Origin: the human T2T-CHM13v2.0 reference genome, Homo sapiens
DNA length: 64,000 nucleotides
Reading direction: 5' to 3' (one strand)
Assembly (NCBI RefSeq): GCF_009914755.1
Contig: NC_060927.1
The first letter of the stretch is position 1; every line of letters starts with the position of its first letter. The position numbers and the translations under genes were made by a program. Below, in pieces: positions 43,256-60,207 of the stretch. The notes beneath the pieces are model-generated. The model was not told where the DNA came from. It searched no databases and saw nothing but the letters and a program-made list of their open reading frames with translations.

Positions 43256-44342
43256 GGAGAAAGAAAGAAAGGAGGGAAGGGAAGGGAAGAAGGGGGAGAG
43301 AGAGAGAAAGAAAGAAAGAAAGAAGAGAAAGAAAGAAAGGAGGGAAGGGAAGGGAAGGGAAGGGAGGAAGGAAGGGAGAGAGAGAGAAAGAGAGAGAGAG
43401 AAAGAAAGAGAAAGAGAGAGAGAAAGTGAGAGAGAGAGAGAAAGAGACAGAGGGAGAGAAGGAAGGAGGGAGGGAGGAAGGAAGGAAAGAAGGAAGGAAG
43501 GAAAGAAGGAAGGAAGGAAAAGAGAGAGAATGGAAGGAAGGAAGGGAGAAAGAGAAAGAGAAAGAAAAAGAGAAAGAGAGAAAGAAAGAGAGAGAGAAAG
43601 AGAGAAAGTGAGAGAGAGAGAAAGGGAGAAAGAGAGAGAGAAAGCAAGTGAGAGAGAGAAAGAGGGAGAGAGAAAGAGAAAGAGGGAGAGAGAGGGAGGG
43701 AGGAATGAAAGAAAGAAGGAAGGAAGGAAAGAAGGAAGGATGGAAAAGAGAGAATGGAAGGAAGGAAGCAAGGAAGGAAGGGAGAAAGAGAGAAAGAAAA
43801 AGAGAGAGAGAAAGAAAGAGGAAGAAAAGAAAGAAAGAGGGAGAAAGAAAAGAAAGGACGAGAGAAAGAAAGAAAGAGAGGAAGAGGGAAAGAGGGAGGG
43901 AGGGAGAGAGGGAGGGAGGAAGGAAGGAAGGAAAAGAGAGAAAGGAAGGAAGGGAGAAAGAGAGAGAAAGAAAGAGAGAAAGAGAAAGGAAAGAAAGAAA
44001 CAAAGAAAAGAAGAAAGAAAAGAAAGAAAAAGAAAGAAAGACAGAAAGAAAGAAAGGGAGGAGAGAGGGGAGGGAGGGAAAGAGAGAGGAAGGGAGAGAG
44101 AGAAAGAGAAAGAGAGCAAGAAAGAAAAAAGAAAGAAAAGAAGGAAGGAATGAAGAGAGAGAGAGAAAGGAAGGAAGGAGGGGAGGAAGAAAGAGAGAAA
44201 GAGAAAGAAAGGAAAGAAAGACACAGAAAAGTAGAAAGAAAGAAAGAGGGAAGGAGGGAGGGAGGGAGGAAGGGAAAGATAGAGAGAGAAAGAAGGAGAG
44301 AAAGAAAGAAAAAAAGGAAGGAAGGAAGGAAAGAAAGAAAAG
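43087..44342 (+). repeat. ~1.26-kb polypurine tract (GAAA/GGAA/GA)
   Basis: Almost pure A/G with an embedded (GAAA)n run near 43195-43255. Begins where the AluJ tail would be. Confidence 0.97.
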
Positions 44343-44744
44343 TCTAGAGGGAAGTGAAGGCCTTCTTAGACACCCCCCGCCCAAGGTAGCAGTTGGTCAA
44401 ACTGATGTGGGGCCACACACCCCACTCAAACAATCCCTGGCATTCAAGGGTCTTGACAGCTAGCCTGCCATCTCACAGGGGACTCTCTGAGCCACCGTCT
44501 CCTGAGGCTGCAGGCCCCTGCTCATTCCCACCATAGCTCTCACATGACCATGCCTTTGCTCTGTTGTTTCCTCTGCCTGGAATCCCACTCACTGATAAAT
44601 TTCTCCCCACCCTCCAAGTCCCAGATCAAGGGCCATCTCCACTGTCCAGACTCCTCCCTCCATCCTGAGGTCTCACTTCTGAGAGCCCGCCACACTCCCT
44701 CTGCCTTCTCCCTAAAGCCTGAACCATGCTGCACTCTGGCCACT

Positions 44745-45106
44745 CATTGCTGTGAACTGAGTCAGTACCTCAGAGTGTGACTGCATTTAGAGATAGGAAC
44801 TTTAAAGAAGTATTATAATTAAGTTAAAATGAGACTGTTAGTGTGGGCCCTAATCCTATATGACTCGTGTCCTTATAAAAAAGGAGACCAGGACACAAGA
44901 GATTCCTGGGGCACATATACAAGGGGAAAGGCCATGTGAGAACCCAGGGAGAAGGTGGCAAGCCCAAGAGAGAGGCCTCTGAGAAAGCAGCCCTGCTGAC
45001 ACCTGGATGGCAGACGTCCAGCTTCTGAAACTGGACAATTCATTTCTGCTGTTTAAGCTACCTGGTCTGCAGGGCTTTCTTCTGACAGCCCTAGCAGACT
45101 AGTACA
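44745..45106 (+). mobile_element. MLT1 (MaLR) solo LTR
   Basis: aagttaaaatgag...gggccctaatcc...tgtccttataa...ggccatgtga...ttctgctgtttaagc...cagccctagcagactagtaca. Confidence 0.82.
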
Positions 45107-46091
45107 CTCGTGAGCAGTTCCTCTCCCCTGAGAGATGGTCTGGGTGGGGCTACCAGGCTGGGCCAGAAAAAGCACTGTTGCCCTTGGCCACTGTGATTAG
45201 TTTGGGATGGGCACACAACCAAAAGTAAAGCCCCATTAGCTGGTCCAATCCGAGTGAATCTTAGAACTTCTCCAAGTGCTGCTAGAGAAAAGCCAATGCT
45301 CTTTCTGGGGGTACCTGAATCTGGAAGGTGTGGCACTGCAGGTGCAAAGGCCGTCCCGCTGCCCCAAGAGGTGGCCCTGGGGTTGCCGGATGCCAACGCT
45401 ACCTCTGGTCCAGTCCATTTCGAAAGTCAGCACCATGCCCTGGCTCTCCAGTTCCTTAGGCATACATAAGTCCCCCTTTCACCAGAGGTGGCTTGAATTG
45501 GGGTTCAATTTCTAGCATGCAAGGGGACCTTGCCTGGTACCTGCCCATTGCTGCCTCTCAGCTCTATGCAGGAAAACTGAACACTCAGAAGGGAGCCAGG
45601 CATGCGATGAAGAACTCTTCCTCTTCAGTCACAGAGTCCAGCTGGTCTCATGTCCACTCTGAATACAAGATTACGCTTCCCAGCTTCCCTTGCAGCTAGA
45701 TGTGGCCATGTGACTAAGTTCTGGCCAATGATATGTAAGCAGAAGTATGGGGTGGAGCTTTGGAAAGTTTCTCTTTAAAGGCAGACAATGGGTCCTGGGG
45801 CTCAAAGTCAGGACTTAATGGCCACAGCTCCAAAGGCCAGATTTTTACCCCTGCAAGACAGCCCTTGTTAGCTGGTCATTCCCAGAAAGTGGCAACCCCA
45901 TGGGGGTGAGAGCACTGAGGAGGAGCGCAGTGACCCTAAATGTGATGCTTGCTTCTTGATGTCCTGGAGCAGGACACCTGTCTATATATGAGGAAACCTA
46001 AGCTCAGGGGCATTTCAGACTCTCAGGGCTCTCATCTTGACTCATCTTCCTCTTCCCACTGCCACTACCCTAGAAGTCTAGACCAGAGTGA

Positions 46092-46250
46092 CTCCCTCCT
46101 TCCTAGCAGGCCTTTAGGTTGTCACCCTCCCTCCCTCCTGGCTGGCCTTTAGGTTGTCACCATCCCTCCTTCCTAGCTGGCCCTTAGTTTGTCACCCTCC
46201 CTTCTTCCTAGCTGGCCCTTAGTTTGTCACTCTCCCTCCTTCCTGGCTGG
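46092..46250 (+). repeat. 35-bp minisatellite, about 4.5 copies
   Basis: Unit ctccctccttcctagctggcctttaggttgtcacc starts at 46092, 46127, 46162, 46197 and 46232. Confidence 0.92.
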
Positions 46251-46863
46251 TGGATTTCAAAGCAGGTCTCCATGGCTATCACTGAGGCTGAGCCACCATC
46301 ACCTCCTTCCTGGAAGACTCGACCAGACTCCAGACCCCCACTGCCACCCTACCCTGCAGTTCATGCTTTTCCCAGCAGCCAGAGTGATGCTGCTAAACCC
46401 AAAGTCGGATACTGTCCCTCCCTTATTGTCTCCCCTCCAGAAGGTCTCCATTCCCATGAAGGGAAATCCAGACCCCCTGCCCTGGCCTGAGGGATGCTGC
46501 ACCACCCAGCTCCTGGCACTTCCCCTTCAGCCTTCCTCACTCTACTCCAGCCACCCCAGCCCCTCGCTGTTCCTTAAGCCACCCCCAAGCACGTTCCACC
46601 TCAGGGCCTTTGCACCTACTGTTCCCTTTGCCCGACATGCTCTTTCCCCAGACATGCCCATAGCTCACCTCCCTCACAAATCCAGAGCCATTCCCTGGAC
46701 ACACACACTGGAACAGGAGCCTCCAGCCACAGTGGACACCAAATAACTTGGTGAATGCATGAATAAATCAACAAGTATTATAATCAATGAACTTATACTC
46801 ACTCTTTCATGAATCTTCTAAAATTCCTATAAGGTTGAATGGATTCCTATTCCTATTAGGGGC

Positions 46864-49910
<3,047 letters not shown>

Positions 49911-52689
49911 TCATGTCCATTCGAATAGAAACCCTATAATTTCTACATAGGCTCTTGAATCAATGCGTATACCCAATATCAGTGAAACATACACACACTT
50001 GATTTTTGTTTTAGAAACAAAAAAAGATGATGTATGTCACAAACATTACATGGAGTAAAAAAGGCAAGTTGCCTTTGAGTTTATGGTAGGATGCAATTGA
50101 GATGAAGTTCAAAAACATGCAAAAGAAGCTCTATATTGCTAGGGAATCATCTCTTTGGTAAAATTGTAAAGGCAAGCAAGGAAATGATGACTTCAAAGTT
50201 TCATGCAGCAGGTGCCTTTGAAGGAGTGATGGGTGCACAGATGTTCATTAAAAAAATCTGTTTTTTAATGTATATGTAACATATACTCTCATGTATGTAT
50301 ATGTTTTATTGTTGGAAAAAAAACTTAAAAAGTAATTGTAAGTAGAAGTCCTGGCATTTTCTTCCTGCTGTCAATGGAGTACATGTATCCCACTCCGGGC
50401 ATGACTGGCCTAGAGGATGTGTGCGACTATTACGAGGAGAATTCCTATCTTCCTCAACTATTCACTGATATATATCGGATACCCATCATGTGCCACGTAC
50501 CATGCTAGGAGACAGCTGTGCACCTGACAGGCAATGCCCTGCCCTCAAGGAACTAGGGAGGGTGACAACACAGATGTCACAAATGAATAAAACAGGCCAT
50601 CTCGACAGTGATATGTACTATGAAGAAAGTAAAGGAAGATGCTGGGATGGCAACTGGGGTGTGGGGGTGGTGAGGAAAGTGAGGGCCACTTTAGCTGAGG
50701 TGATCAAGAGGACTTCCTTGAGGAGTTGACATTAGAACAGAACAGAGATCTGAATTGCCAGGAGGCATCTGTGGGAAGATCTGGAGAAGGGTATTCTATG
50801 CAGAGGGAACAGAAAATGCAAAGTTCTAGGAGACAAGTTCGGGGTCTTCAAGGAATAGAAAGAACCCATGGAAACTGCTACAAAGCCAGGGCTTGAGATG
50901 CAGGGAGATCCTGGGAAGAGGAGATGGCTGAGGGCTGGCATTTTCTCAGGTGCATCAGGCAGCACCAGGAAGCACTGAAGGGTGTAAGCAGGACACTGAC
51001 ATGACCTGGTGGTCCCCACTCCATGTAGGAAAGACCTGTGGGGTGCCAGAGCAGGAGCAGAGGGACTAGGCAGGTTAGGGTTGGTGGTGGCTTGGCTTGG
51101 TGGCAGTGGTAGGGCTGCAGGTAGAGCCACTGGACAAGTGCCTCGTCCTGGGGCTCAGCTGTGGGCAGTTTTCTGGAGTTGCAATTTGTTAGAGTGAGGT
51201 TCTCCTGTACCAATAACTCAAGGAGGTGACATGGACCCATGCCCTCCAAGCGCACAACTGATCACTCCTGCCGTTTCCCTAGGCTCCTGCCACGTGCCAG
51301 CCTTCTCCCTGCAGTAGGCACTCTGTCCTTGCTCCTCCTCTCCCTGGAAGCGCTCTCACCCCTGATCTTCACAAGCTTGGCTTCTTGCCATTATTCACAT
51401 GACCTCAAGGGTCACCTCCCTGACCAGCCCAGCTAAGGGCTCCTCCCTCCCCTCCCTACCCCTAATAAATTCCCATCACAATCTCTGTTTTGTTTACTGG
51501 ATATTCTTGATTACTCATGGTCTACTGAAATGTTTTCATGTCTGTGTTTTTAATTTGCATGCTCACTTGATCACTTGTCTTCCTCCTGAGAGGATGAGCT
51601 CCCTGAGGGCAGGGAGGCTGTCTGCTGGTTCACTAAATGACTGCTGAATAAATGGATTGTGGCACTTCAAAGATGTGGCTCCGGGTGAGTACCTATTACA
51701 TGGCAGGTGCCCCCCAAATATGCATCAAATGCATCAGTAAACTTGGGCAGTGTCCCTACTATGTGCCAAGGCAGTATGGTGGGTGCTGCCACAAACAGCA
51801 GCTCATGTGACCTTTCCACACAGCCCTGTGGGGCAAGAATCATCACATCCGTTTCACATATTTGAAAATTGAGGCTCACAGAGGTTGGGACCTGGAGGAA
51901 GGTTCTCAGCTAGCAGGTGTTGGAGGTGGGACAGCCTGGCTTTGCACTGGCATCTCAGCGCTAAACCCGAGTCTAACACACACTAGAATGCTGGGAATGT
52001 CTGAGGAAGAAGCAGCATGAGAAGATTAAGTGGAGACGTTTTGGCATCATTTGTCCGGAGGACCCTCTGAGCACCTAGCTGGCCACCAGGAAATTTCTAC
52101 ACCAGCTGAGAGTGGATAGGTTGGCATACTGGGGCCAAAAATTCATAGGTGCAATAGACTAGCCCCTAAGGGTCTGGCCTAGGTTCTCATCCAAGCTTCC
52201 TTCACTTATTAGTTGTGCGATCTTAGGCAAGTTTCCTTCCCTCTGCACTTCAGTTTCTCCATGGCTAAATTAGGGTATTGATAACTAGTCCCCACCTCAT
52301 TGGCTGCTGTGAAAATCAAATGTGCTAGAACATGGAAAGTGCTTAGAAGGTGCCAGGCACATAGTGAGTGCCCCATAAATGTGGTGGTGGTGTTGTAATT
52401 ATCATTATCGTTATCGGATCTGATTGTTGCAATAGGCTAGTGCGGAGTCACCTGAACTATCCGAGCAAAATAAGAATACCGCAGATGCCCCACCATCAGC
52501 CAGAAGCGGGTAGAGCCGTCACGTCTGGGGAAATGGAAAAACCTTTTAGGGACGTTGAGACTTCACCCCTCATGTCCACTATACAGATGAGTAGCCCGAG
52601 GCGCAGGGAGCAGCAGGGCCTGGCCCGAAGTCACCTGCAACTCCCACCTCCCCGACCTGGACCTCTCCCTACCCCAGAGGGCAGCTTGG

Positions 52690-53650
52690 GGCGGAAAGCC
52701 AGCGCCCTGCAGGACTCCCTCCCTCCCTCCCTGCCGGGCAGCTGGGCCCCCGCAGGGCCAATCCGGGGAGGCCGCGGCGCCGGCGGGAGGGCGGCCCGCG
52801 GGCGGGCGGGGCGGCCAGGGGAGGTTATTTTCTGCTGTTTTCCCTTTCTGTCTCCCCCGCCACCCGTGTCCCTCCTCCCCGTTTCTAATTAAAAAGGAGA
52901 TAAAGCCGCACGCGGCCCGAGTCAATCGGCTCGAGCCAATCGGCCCTACTGGCTTCCTGGATGCTGAATGTGCGCGGGGCGGCGGGGCGCGGGCCAAGAT
53001 GAAGATTAAAGCAGGGGAAAAAAAGGAAAGCCACCCAGACGCGGGCGAATCAATAACACTTAAAACACACCGGCAGGCTGGCGGTACTGGCGCGAGCCCC
53101 GCAGCCGCCTCTCCGCCGCTGGTCGGGCTGGCGGCCCCTGGTCGGCTCTGCACGCACCTGCTAGCGGCCGCGGCCGGACAACTTGCGAAATCCCCGCTCC
53201 AGAGACGTGGACTGGGGAAGTGACGGGGTAGGGGGGTAGTAGTGACAAAACACAAAGGGTCTGCCACGCACATCCCCTCGCCGCAGCCCCTGCGGTCCAC
53301 CCCTCCTCAAAAGGGATGGTAATGGGTTCACTGCTGGGGGCTGGAGGGGCAGGGTGTGTGAGACCTACCAAGCGGGCCCTTCAGCGCCAGAACCTCTATC
53401 CATGCCCAGATCCCCCCGCCCCCACACCGCTCCGAGCCTCACACGCGTTGTCTTAAGTACAAAGGGTGACCGGCTTTGCACAAGCAGCTCCAGGACGCGT
53501 CCCGAGCTGCCCCCTCCCACCTTCCAGCCAGAGCGCCCCCGAGCCCCACCTCCACAGAAACGCTAGGTGAAGCCGGAGGGCTGCTCGCGCGCCCGGCCGC
53601 CTCTGCTGCCCAGTTCCAGGGGGCGGGGTGTCCCGCCTCTCTCTAGCGCT
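52690..53650. promoter_or_regulatory. Second CpG island in intron 1 with CCAAT and GC boxes
   Basis: CpG-rich block. CCAAT at 52758 and 52936, GGGCGG boxes near 52800 and 52980, TAATTA at 52886, AGATAA at 52898. Confidence 0.7.
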
Positions 53651-53746
53651 TGTCTCCCTCTGTGTCTCAGACCGCCTCTCGTCCCACCTTTGTGTGTGTT
53701 TGTTGGGGGTGGGACGTGCTGTCCCCTTGGCCCGGGAAGGGGCTCT

Positions 53747-54017
53747 GGGAGTCTAAGGGCCCCTGGAAATTGGGTGGTGCCAAGGCTCCGAGCGGCGGTT
53801 TATGTTTTTGCCAGCGAATGTCCTTCCTCCTGGGTACCTGTTCCCTGTTTGCACGGACCGGCCCCGCCAGCCACCTGGGGACTGCCCAGTCTCTAGGAAC
53901 GGCTGTGCCGCGCCTCCTGAGAGAGTTCGTCTCGGGCTCCGGGGACTGAGCTCCCCGAGATTGGCTGTGGTCCTGGCTTGATGTTCCTGCTAGACCTGCT
54001 GTCCCTATGCCCGGGTC
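53747..54017 (+). repeat. ~270-bp direct repeat, copy A (intron 1)
   Basis: Aligns by eye to 55484-55754 with about 24 differences. Confidence 0.95.
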
Positions 54018-54179
54018 CGAAGGGTCCCCGGGATGGGCTGAACCTTTGCAGCAGCTAGCCCTCCCCCAGAGTCCCTCAGGCTGGAGCGTCCCTACCGGCT
54101 GTCTCTGGTCCTGGGGGATTCCAGACTCAGACGTCCTCAGGATGGCCAGTCCCCCTGCCTATATCTCCTGGGGTGTCCT

Positions 54180-55440
<1,261 letters not shown>

Positions 55441-55483
55441 GCTAACACCCTTCTTTGGTGTACACCTCATCCAGTGAGCTAGG

Positions 55484-55754
55484 GGGAGTCTAACCGTCCC
55501 TGGAAATTGGGTGGTGCCAAGACTCCGAGCGGCAGTTTATGTTTTTGCCAGCGAATGTCCATCCTCCGGGTACCTGTTCCCTGTTTGCACGGACCGGTCC
55601 CGCCTGCCACCTGGGGGTTGCCCAGTCTCTAGGAGCGGCTGCGCCTGCGCCTCCGGAGAGTGTTCCTCTCGGGCTCCAGGGACTGAGCTCCCTGGGAGTG
55701 GCTGTGGTCCTGGCTTGGTGTTCCTGCTGGACCTGCTGTCCCTATGCCCAGGTC
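55484..55754 (+). repeat. ~270-bp direct repeat, copy B (upstream of promoter)
   Basis: Shares ccctggaaattgggtggtgccaag...gacctgctgtccctatgccc with 53747-54017. Confidence 0.95.
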
Positions 55755-56589
55755 TGGCAAATCTGAACTCAGGTTTCAGCTGAAGACACTGAGGCTCAAG
55801 GAGGTGAAGGTGTTTGCCCAGAGTCACCAGCTAGAGAGTGGCACAACCATATGGGAAACAAAGTATGCCCAACTGTAGTAACCTCCTGCACCCAGTCCTG
55901 ACTATCCTTCAAGATTGCCTTTCTAAATTACACACACACACACACACACACCCGAAAGCCACCATTCAGGTATTCATTCATATTCCATATTCTGTGCCAA
56001 CCACGATAGTGGGCACCGTGGACACAAGGAAGAAGAAAGGCAACAGTCTTTCTTCTTGGGGCCAGGAAGGAGACAGATGATAAGTGAACGAGAACAGAGT
56101 TGCAGATAGTAGACCATTAAGCAGGGTGATGGGAGAGGGAATACTGGGTGTTGGAGGGTTAATTTTAGATCTGAGGAGGTGGCATTTGAGGTGAGGCCTG
56201 AAGGACACAGCATCAGGGGTCCAGCACTGCAGGAAGGGGACCAGCAGGTGCAAAAGCTCAGAGGTGGGCATGAGCCCCAGGGAGGAGATGGTGGGCTGCA
56301 ATAGAGAGAGAGAGAAGGCCTGAGCTTGAAGGGAGATGGGGATACACAGATCCACAAAGCTGTGTGGGCACGTCAAGGAGCTTGGATTTCAGTGGTGTGT
56401 TCAGCTGGGGACATTGGAGGGATGAAGAAGGGGGTGACTGATCTGATTTGTGTGTTCAAAAGCTCCCCGTGGCTGTCCTAAGGGAACACACTGTGGGAAT
56501 GGGGACAGGTGAGTAAAGTGCGCCATCAAGCAGACCAGAGAGGAGATGACAGTAGGGGTCCAGGTGAGACATTGGTAGTTTGGGTTAGG

Positions 56590-57133
56590 GTGGTGCTCTT
56601 AGAACATGACCACAAAATTATTTGACACTCCTCCCATGAAGAAGTGGGTTCTCTGTGCTCTGCCTGCATGAATCTGGGTGGGCTTGTGATGGCTTCCACC
56701 AATAAGATGTAGCAGAAGTGATGCTCAAAAATTACAAGTCTTCGCGATAAAAGACAATGCAGTCTTTGTTTTGTTGGCTGGCGCACCAGTGCTGGGGCCC
56801 TGAGCCACCATGGAAGAGGCCTAGAGGCCACCATGCTGTGAGGAAGCCCAGGCATAGGCAGAGGCCACCTGTGCTTGCTCCAGCCCACAGTCCCAGGTGA
56901 GTTCAGCACTGGAGTCACCTTGCCCAGGTGCCAGAAATGTGGGTGAAGGTACCTCCACCATTATGTCATGCTGGCTTTGTGTCTGCCAAGCTAAAGCATG
57001 GTGGACAGTGGCCGTGTAGTATCCCCAGTGTACCCTGCCCAACTTCCTGAGCCCTATAACTTGTGAATATAATGATTATTTTGCCACTAAGTTTGGAGGG
57101 GATGCTTGTTACACAGCAGTTGTAACTAGGACA
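56590..57133 (+). mobile_element. MLT1 (F/G-like) solo LTR
   Basis: ttatttgacactcctcccat...gaggccaccatgctgtgaggaagccca...ccactaagtttgg...gttacacagcagttgtaactaggaca. Confidence 0.78.
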
Positions 57134-57357
57134 ATAAGGGTAGAAGTGGGGTGCAGAGAGGAGAAAAGGACCCAGGATACGGGGCCTGTGTCTTGCACAG
57201 ACAGGACTTGAAAGGATTCGGTGGGGGTGGGTAGAGAAAGAGAAAGAGGAATGATAGGTGACCCCGATGTTGGCTGGAGTATTTGGGTGAATGGAGGTGG
57301 CTTGTAATGATCTGGAGATGGTTGGAGGAGCTAAGAGTTTGGTAAAGGAAATCACAA

Positions 57358-57685
57358 GGTCTGTCCTGACCATGTTCTTCCCTCCTGCATTGTTCCTCCT
57401 CCTCTTCCTCCTCTTCCACCCTCAGATGAAGTCAGCACAAGCCCTGAGCAGTCTACCTCCAAAGAATCTCCAAATATGACCTTTATTTTCTGCATTCACC
57501 ATCATTCCTAGACCAAAGTTTCACTCATGTCATGAATGCTGGGGTGTACTTGTGACCGGATGTCAGGCCAGGTGCTAGGCACATACCAATAGCCCATGCA
57601 GGTGCTGGGTACATCGGAAGATGAGAGAGGAGGAGGAGGAAGAAGAGGAGGAACACAGCAGGGAAGAATATGGCCAAGACAGATC
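57358..57685. repeat. ~58-bp inverted repeat pair (57358-57417 and 57628-57685)
   Basis: ggtctgtcctgaccatgttcttccct... matches the reverse complement of ...agggaagaatatggccaagacagatc. The two arms give similar peptides on opposite strands of the ORF track (REEHGQDR and REEYGQDR). Confidence 0.8.
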
Positions 57686-59202
57686 AGTATATCAAATAAA
57701 TCCAGTCTCTGCCCCTCCTGGAGCAACCCATCTGAGGACCGATTTCATGATCAAACACATAGGTAGCACTATTACATGCCAGGCACTGTCATTTACAGCC
57801 TCAGCATATCAACTCACTGAATCCCCTGAAAATGCCAAGGGGTAGGTACTCCACTTGTTGATATCATTATCACAGCCATCATTATTTGATAGAATGAGGA
57901 AAGTGAATCAGGGAGGGATTAAATAAAGTATCAAATTCCCACAGCCAGTCCATGGCTGAGCTGAGCTTCGAACCTAGAAAATACTGACTTCAGCATCTGC
58001 TCTTAACCCACCCCCCAGCCCCATTAGGCTGCCCATCTAATGGAGGAGGGGGAAGGACTTGGGACACTCCAATAGGAAAAAAGGTGTTAGGCACCAAGAT
58101 GTGTGGTGCACAGTGGGCTGTTGGAACACAGAGGAGCTCCTCAGCCAGTCTCAGAGGATCAGGGAAGGCTTCCTAGAGGAAGTGTTCCTAAAATGGGATC
58201 CTAAAAGAGTGAGTTGGTATTAAGCAAGTGAGTTTTTGAAACCAGAGGAAACAGGGCCACGGAGGTTCAAGGTGCCTGGATATTGGGGCGTTAGAGGGAA
58301 GGAGATATGCAGGGAAGAGGCTCAATAGGGAGTCTAGGGACACAGGGCATATTAAGGGGGGTAGCAGTGTTACATGATCAGGTTTTTGTTTCAGAAGGTT
58401 CATGGTGGCTGTCATGGGAGCCAACAGAGGAGGGAGCAAGAGAGGAGGGCAAGTCAGGAGGTCTCAACAGTTACCTGTGGGAGAGAAGGCTTACCCTGGA
58501 CAGATGGTGGGGAGAGAAGGGGGTGGATTTGAGACTGAGTTTGAAGGCAGGGTAGACAGGATAAGGAAGGCCTCCAGGACAGTGTCCTGTCCTGTGAGAG
58601 TGTGGCTGGTGAGAAAAATACAGACTGGGGACCCTGGGAGCAGGAGGTCTCAGGGAGTGAAACTTGGTTTTGGACATGCTGAGTCTGAAGTGTCTGTAGG
58701 TCACTGAAGGGTGACTGGTGCTCGGGGAGAGGCTTGGGGCTGTCACTTCTAGGTTGGATATCCCCAGCTAGAAGTGGGCAGACATTCAAATCAAGGCAAG
58801 GAGAGGACACCCTGGGAGACCAACAAGGATGAGTGGGGAAGGCCCAGTGCAGAGCCCCAGGAATTCAGCATGATTTAAAGAACCAGCTGGGGAAATGGAG
58901 GGACTAAAGGTAACAAAGACAAGCCTGAGAGGCAGGGAGTTCATCAGACAGTGAGAGAAGGAAAAGGAATTTGTAGTGTTTGGCTTCACAGGGAAGGAAG
59001 GAGAGGCAGAACTAAAAAGGGTTCCATCTTACCAGCCTAACATCCAGAGATCTTTATGGTCTAGCTCAAAATTACCTTTACAGCCTCCACTTTCCCCAAA
59101 CACTTGTGCACATATCACAACAAATTAGTGGGTTGCCACTAGCATTTACAAAAAGAAATAGATCAGAAAATAACAGAGGGCATTATGCATAAGGTTCCAA
59201 CT

Positions 59203-59211
59203 GTGTGTGTG

Positions 59212-59250
<39 letters not shown>
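59203..59250 (+). repeat. (TG)n microsatellite
   Basis: Long tgtgtg run. Other dinucleotide runs lie at about 38013-38068 (TG) and 55930-55951 (CA). Confidence 0.92.
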
Positions 59251-59252
<2 letters not shown>

Positions 59253-60188
59253 TGGATGTGTATGTGTATACATTTTGGGTTAGGATTTTTTAAAAAGTTG
59301 AGAGACTACTACGGCAGCCTGTTTTCCTTTGCATATGTCTAGAATGCCTTTAGCTCTTTTCTACCTGGTAAACTTCTAACTTATCATCCAAATCCCACCC
59401 AAATGTCAACTCATCTGAAAAACCTTCCTTGATCTACATTACTCCTATCCTAGGCACTTGGTGTCTTCCTCATTCATTCTGTCATCAAACATTCGTTGAG
59501 GATTAAACTGTGCTGGGCCCTGGGCTGGGTTCACTGCTGGGGTACAGCAGTAAACACAATAGATATGATCTTCAAAGGGACCACCTTTTAATGCATCTCT
59601 TCCTCTGTGCTCTCACCCTTCTTGTGCTGATCTTGGCAGAGCCCTTCCCACCCCAAATGTTGTATGGCCTCACTCCCCTCCCTCCTCCATCAGGACATAA
59701 TCTCCTTGTGGGAAAAACGCTGTATCCTTCATCTCTGTCTCCAGCATCCAGGACAGGGCTTTCATCAACATGAGGACCATGGTTTGGTAAAAAGAGTTCA
59801 GACTTTTGGGTCAGATAGGTCTGAGTTTGAATCCCAACTCTGAGACCTACTAGCTTCGTGATCCAGAACGGTTTATTTTTAACTTGTTTGGATTTCTGTG
59901 GGCCTAATAATGTTCAGGTAATTTAATCCTTCACCTGACTGGGAGCTCCTCCAAGGATTCATTCCAAAACCTGGAACCTAGTGTGAATAACGGTTTCATG
60001 ACTGTTTCAATGGGACCCATTGCAGAAAGTTCTTCTTTGGCAGAGTCATGCTAGCCCAGAATTTTTCTCCCCATTTAGCTCCCTCTGCCTGGATTAAGAA
60101 GTGAGAAGGATACCTCTTCAGCAGGTACTGTTCCTCTTTAAGCCAAATCAACCATACCTGGGGCAGGTGCACAGTCAGCCAGGTGCTT

Positions 60189-60207
60189 TGTCGCCCCCTG
60201 CTGGATA
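60189..60207 (-). promoter_or_regulatory. CTCF-like motif
   Basis: Minus strand TATCCAGCAGGGGGCGACA closely matches the CTCF core CCASYAGRKGGCR. Confidence 0.65.

Noticed and set aside
42811-44463. Long ORFs of up to 433 aa (K/E/R-rich and F/L/S-rich)
   Set aside because: Stop-free translations of the purine/pyrimidine tract; not genes.
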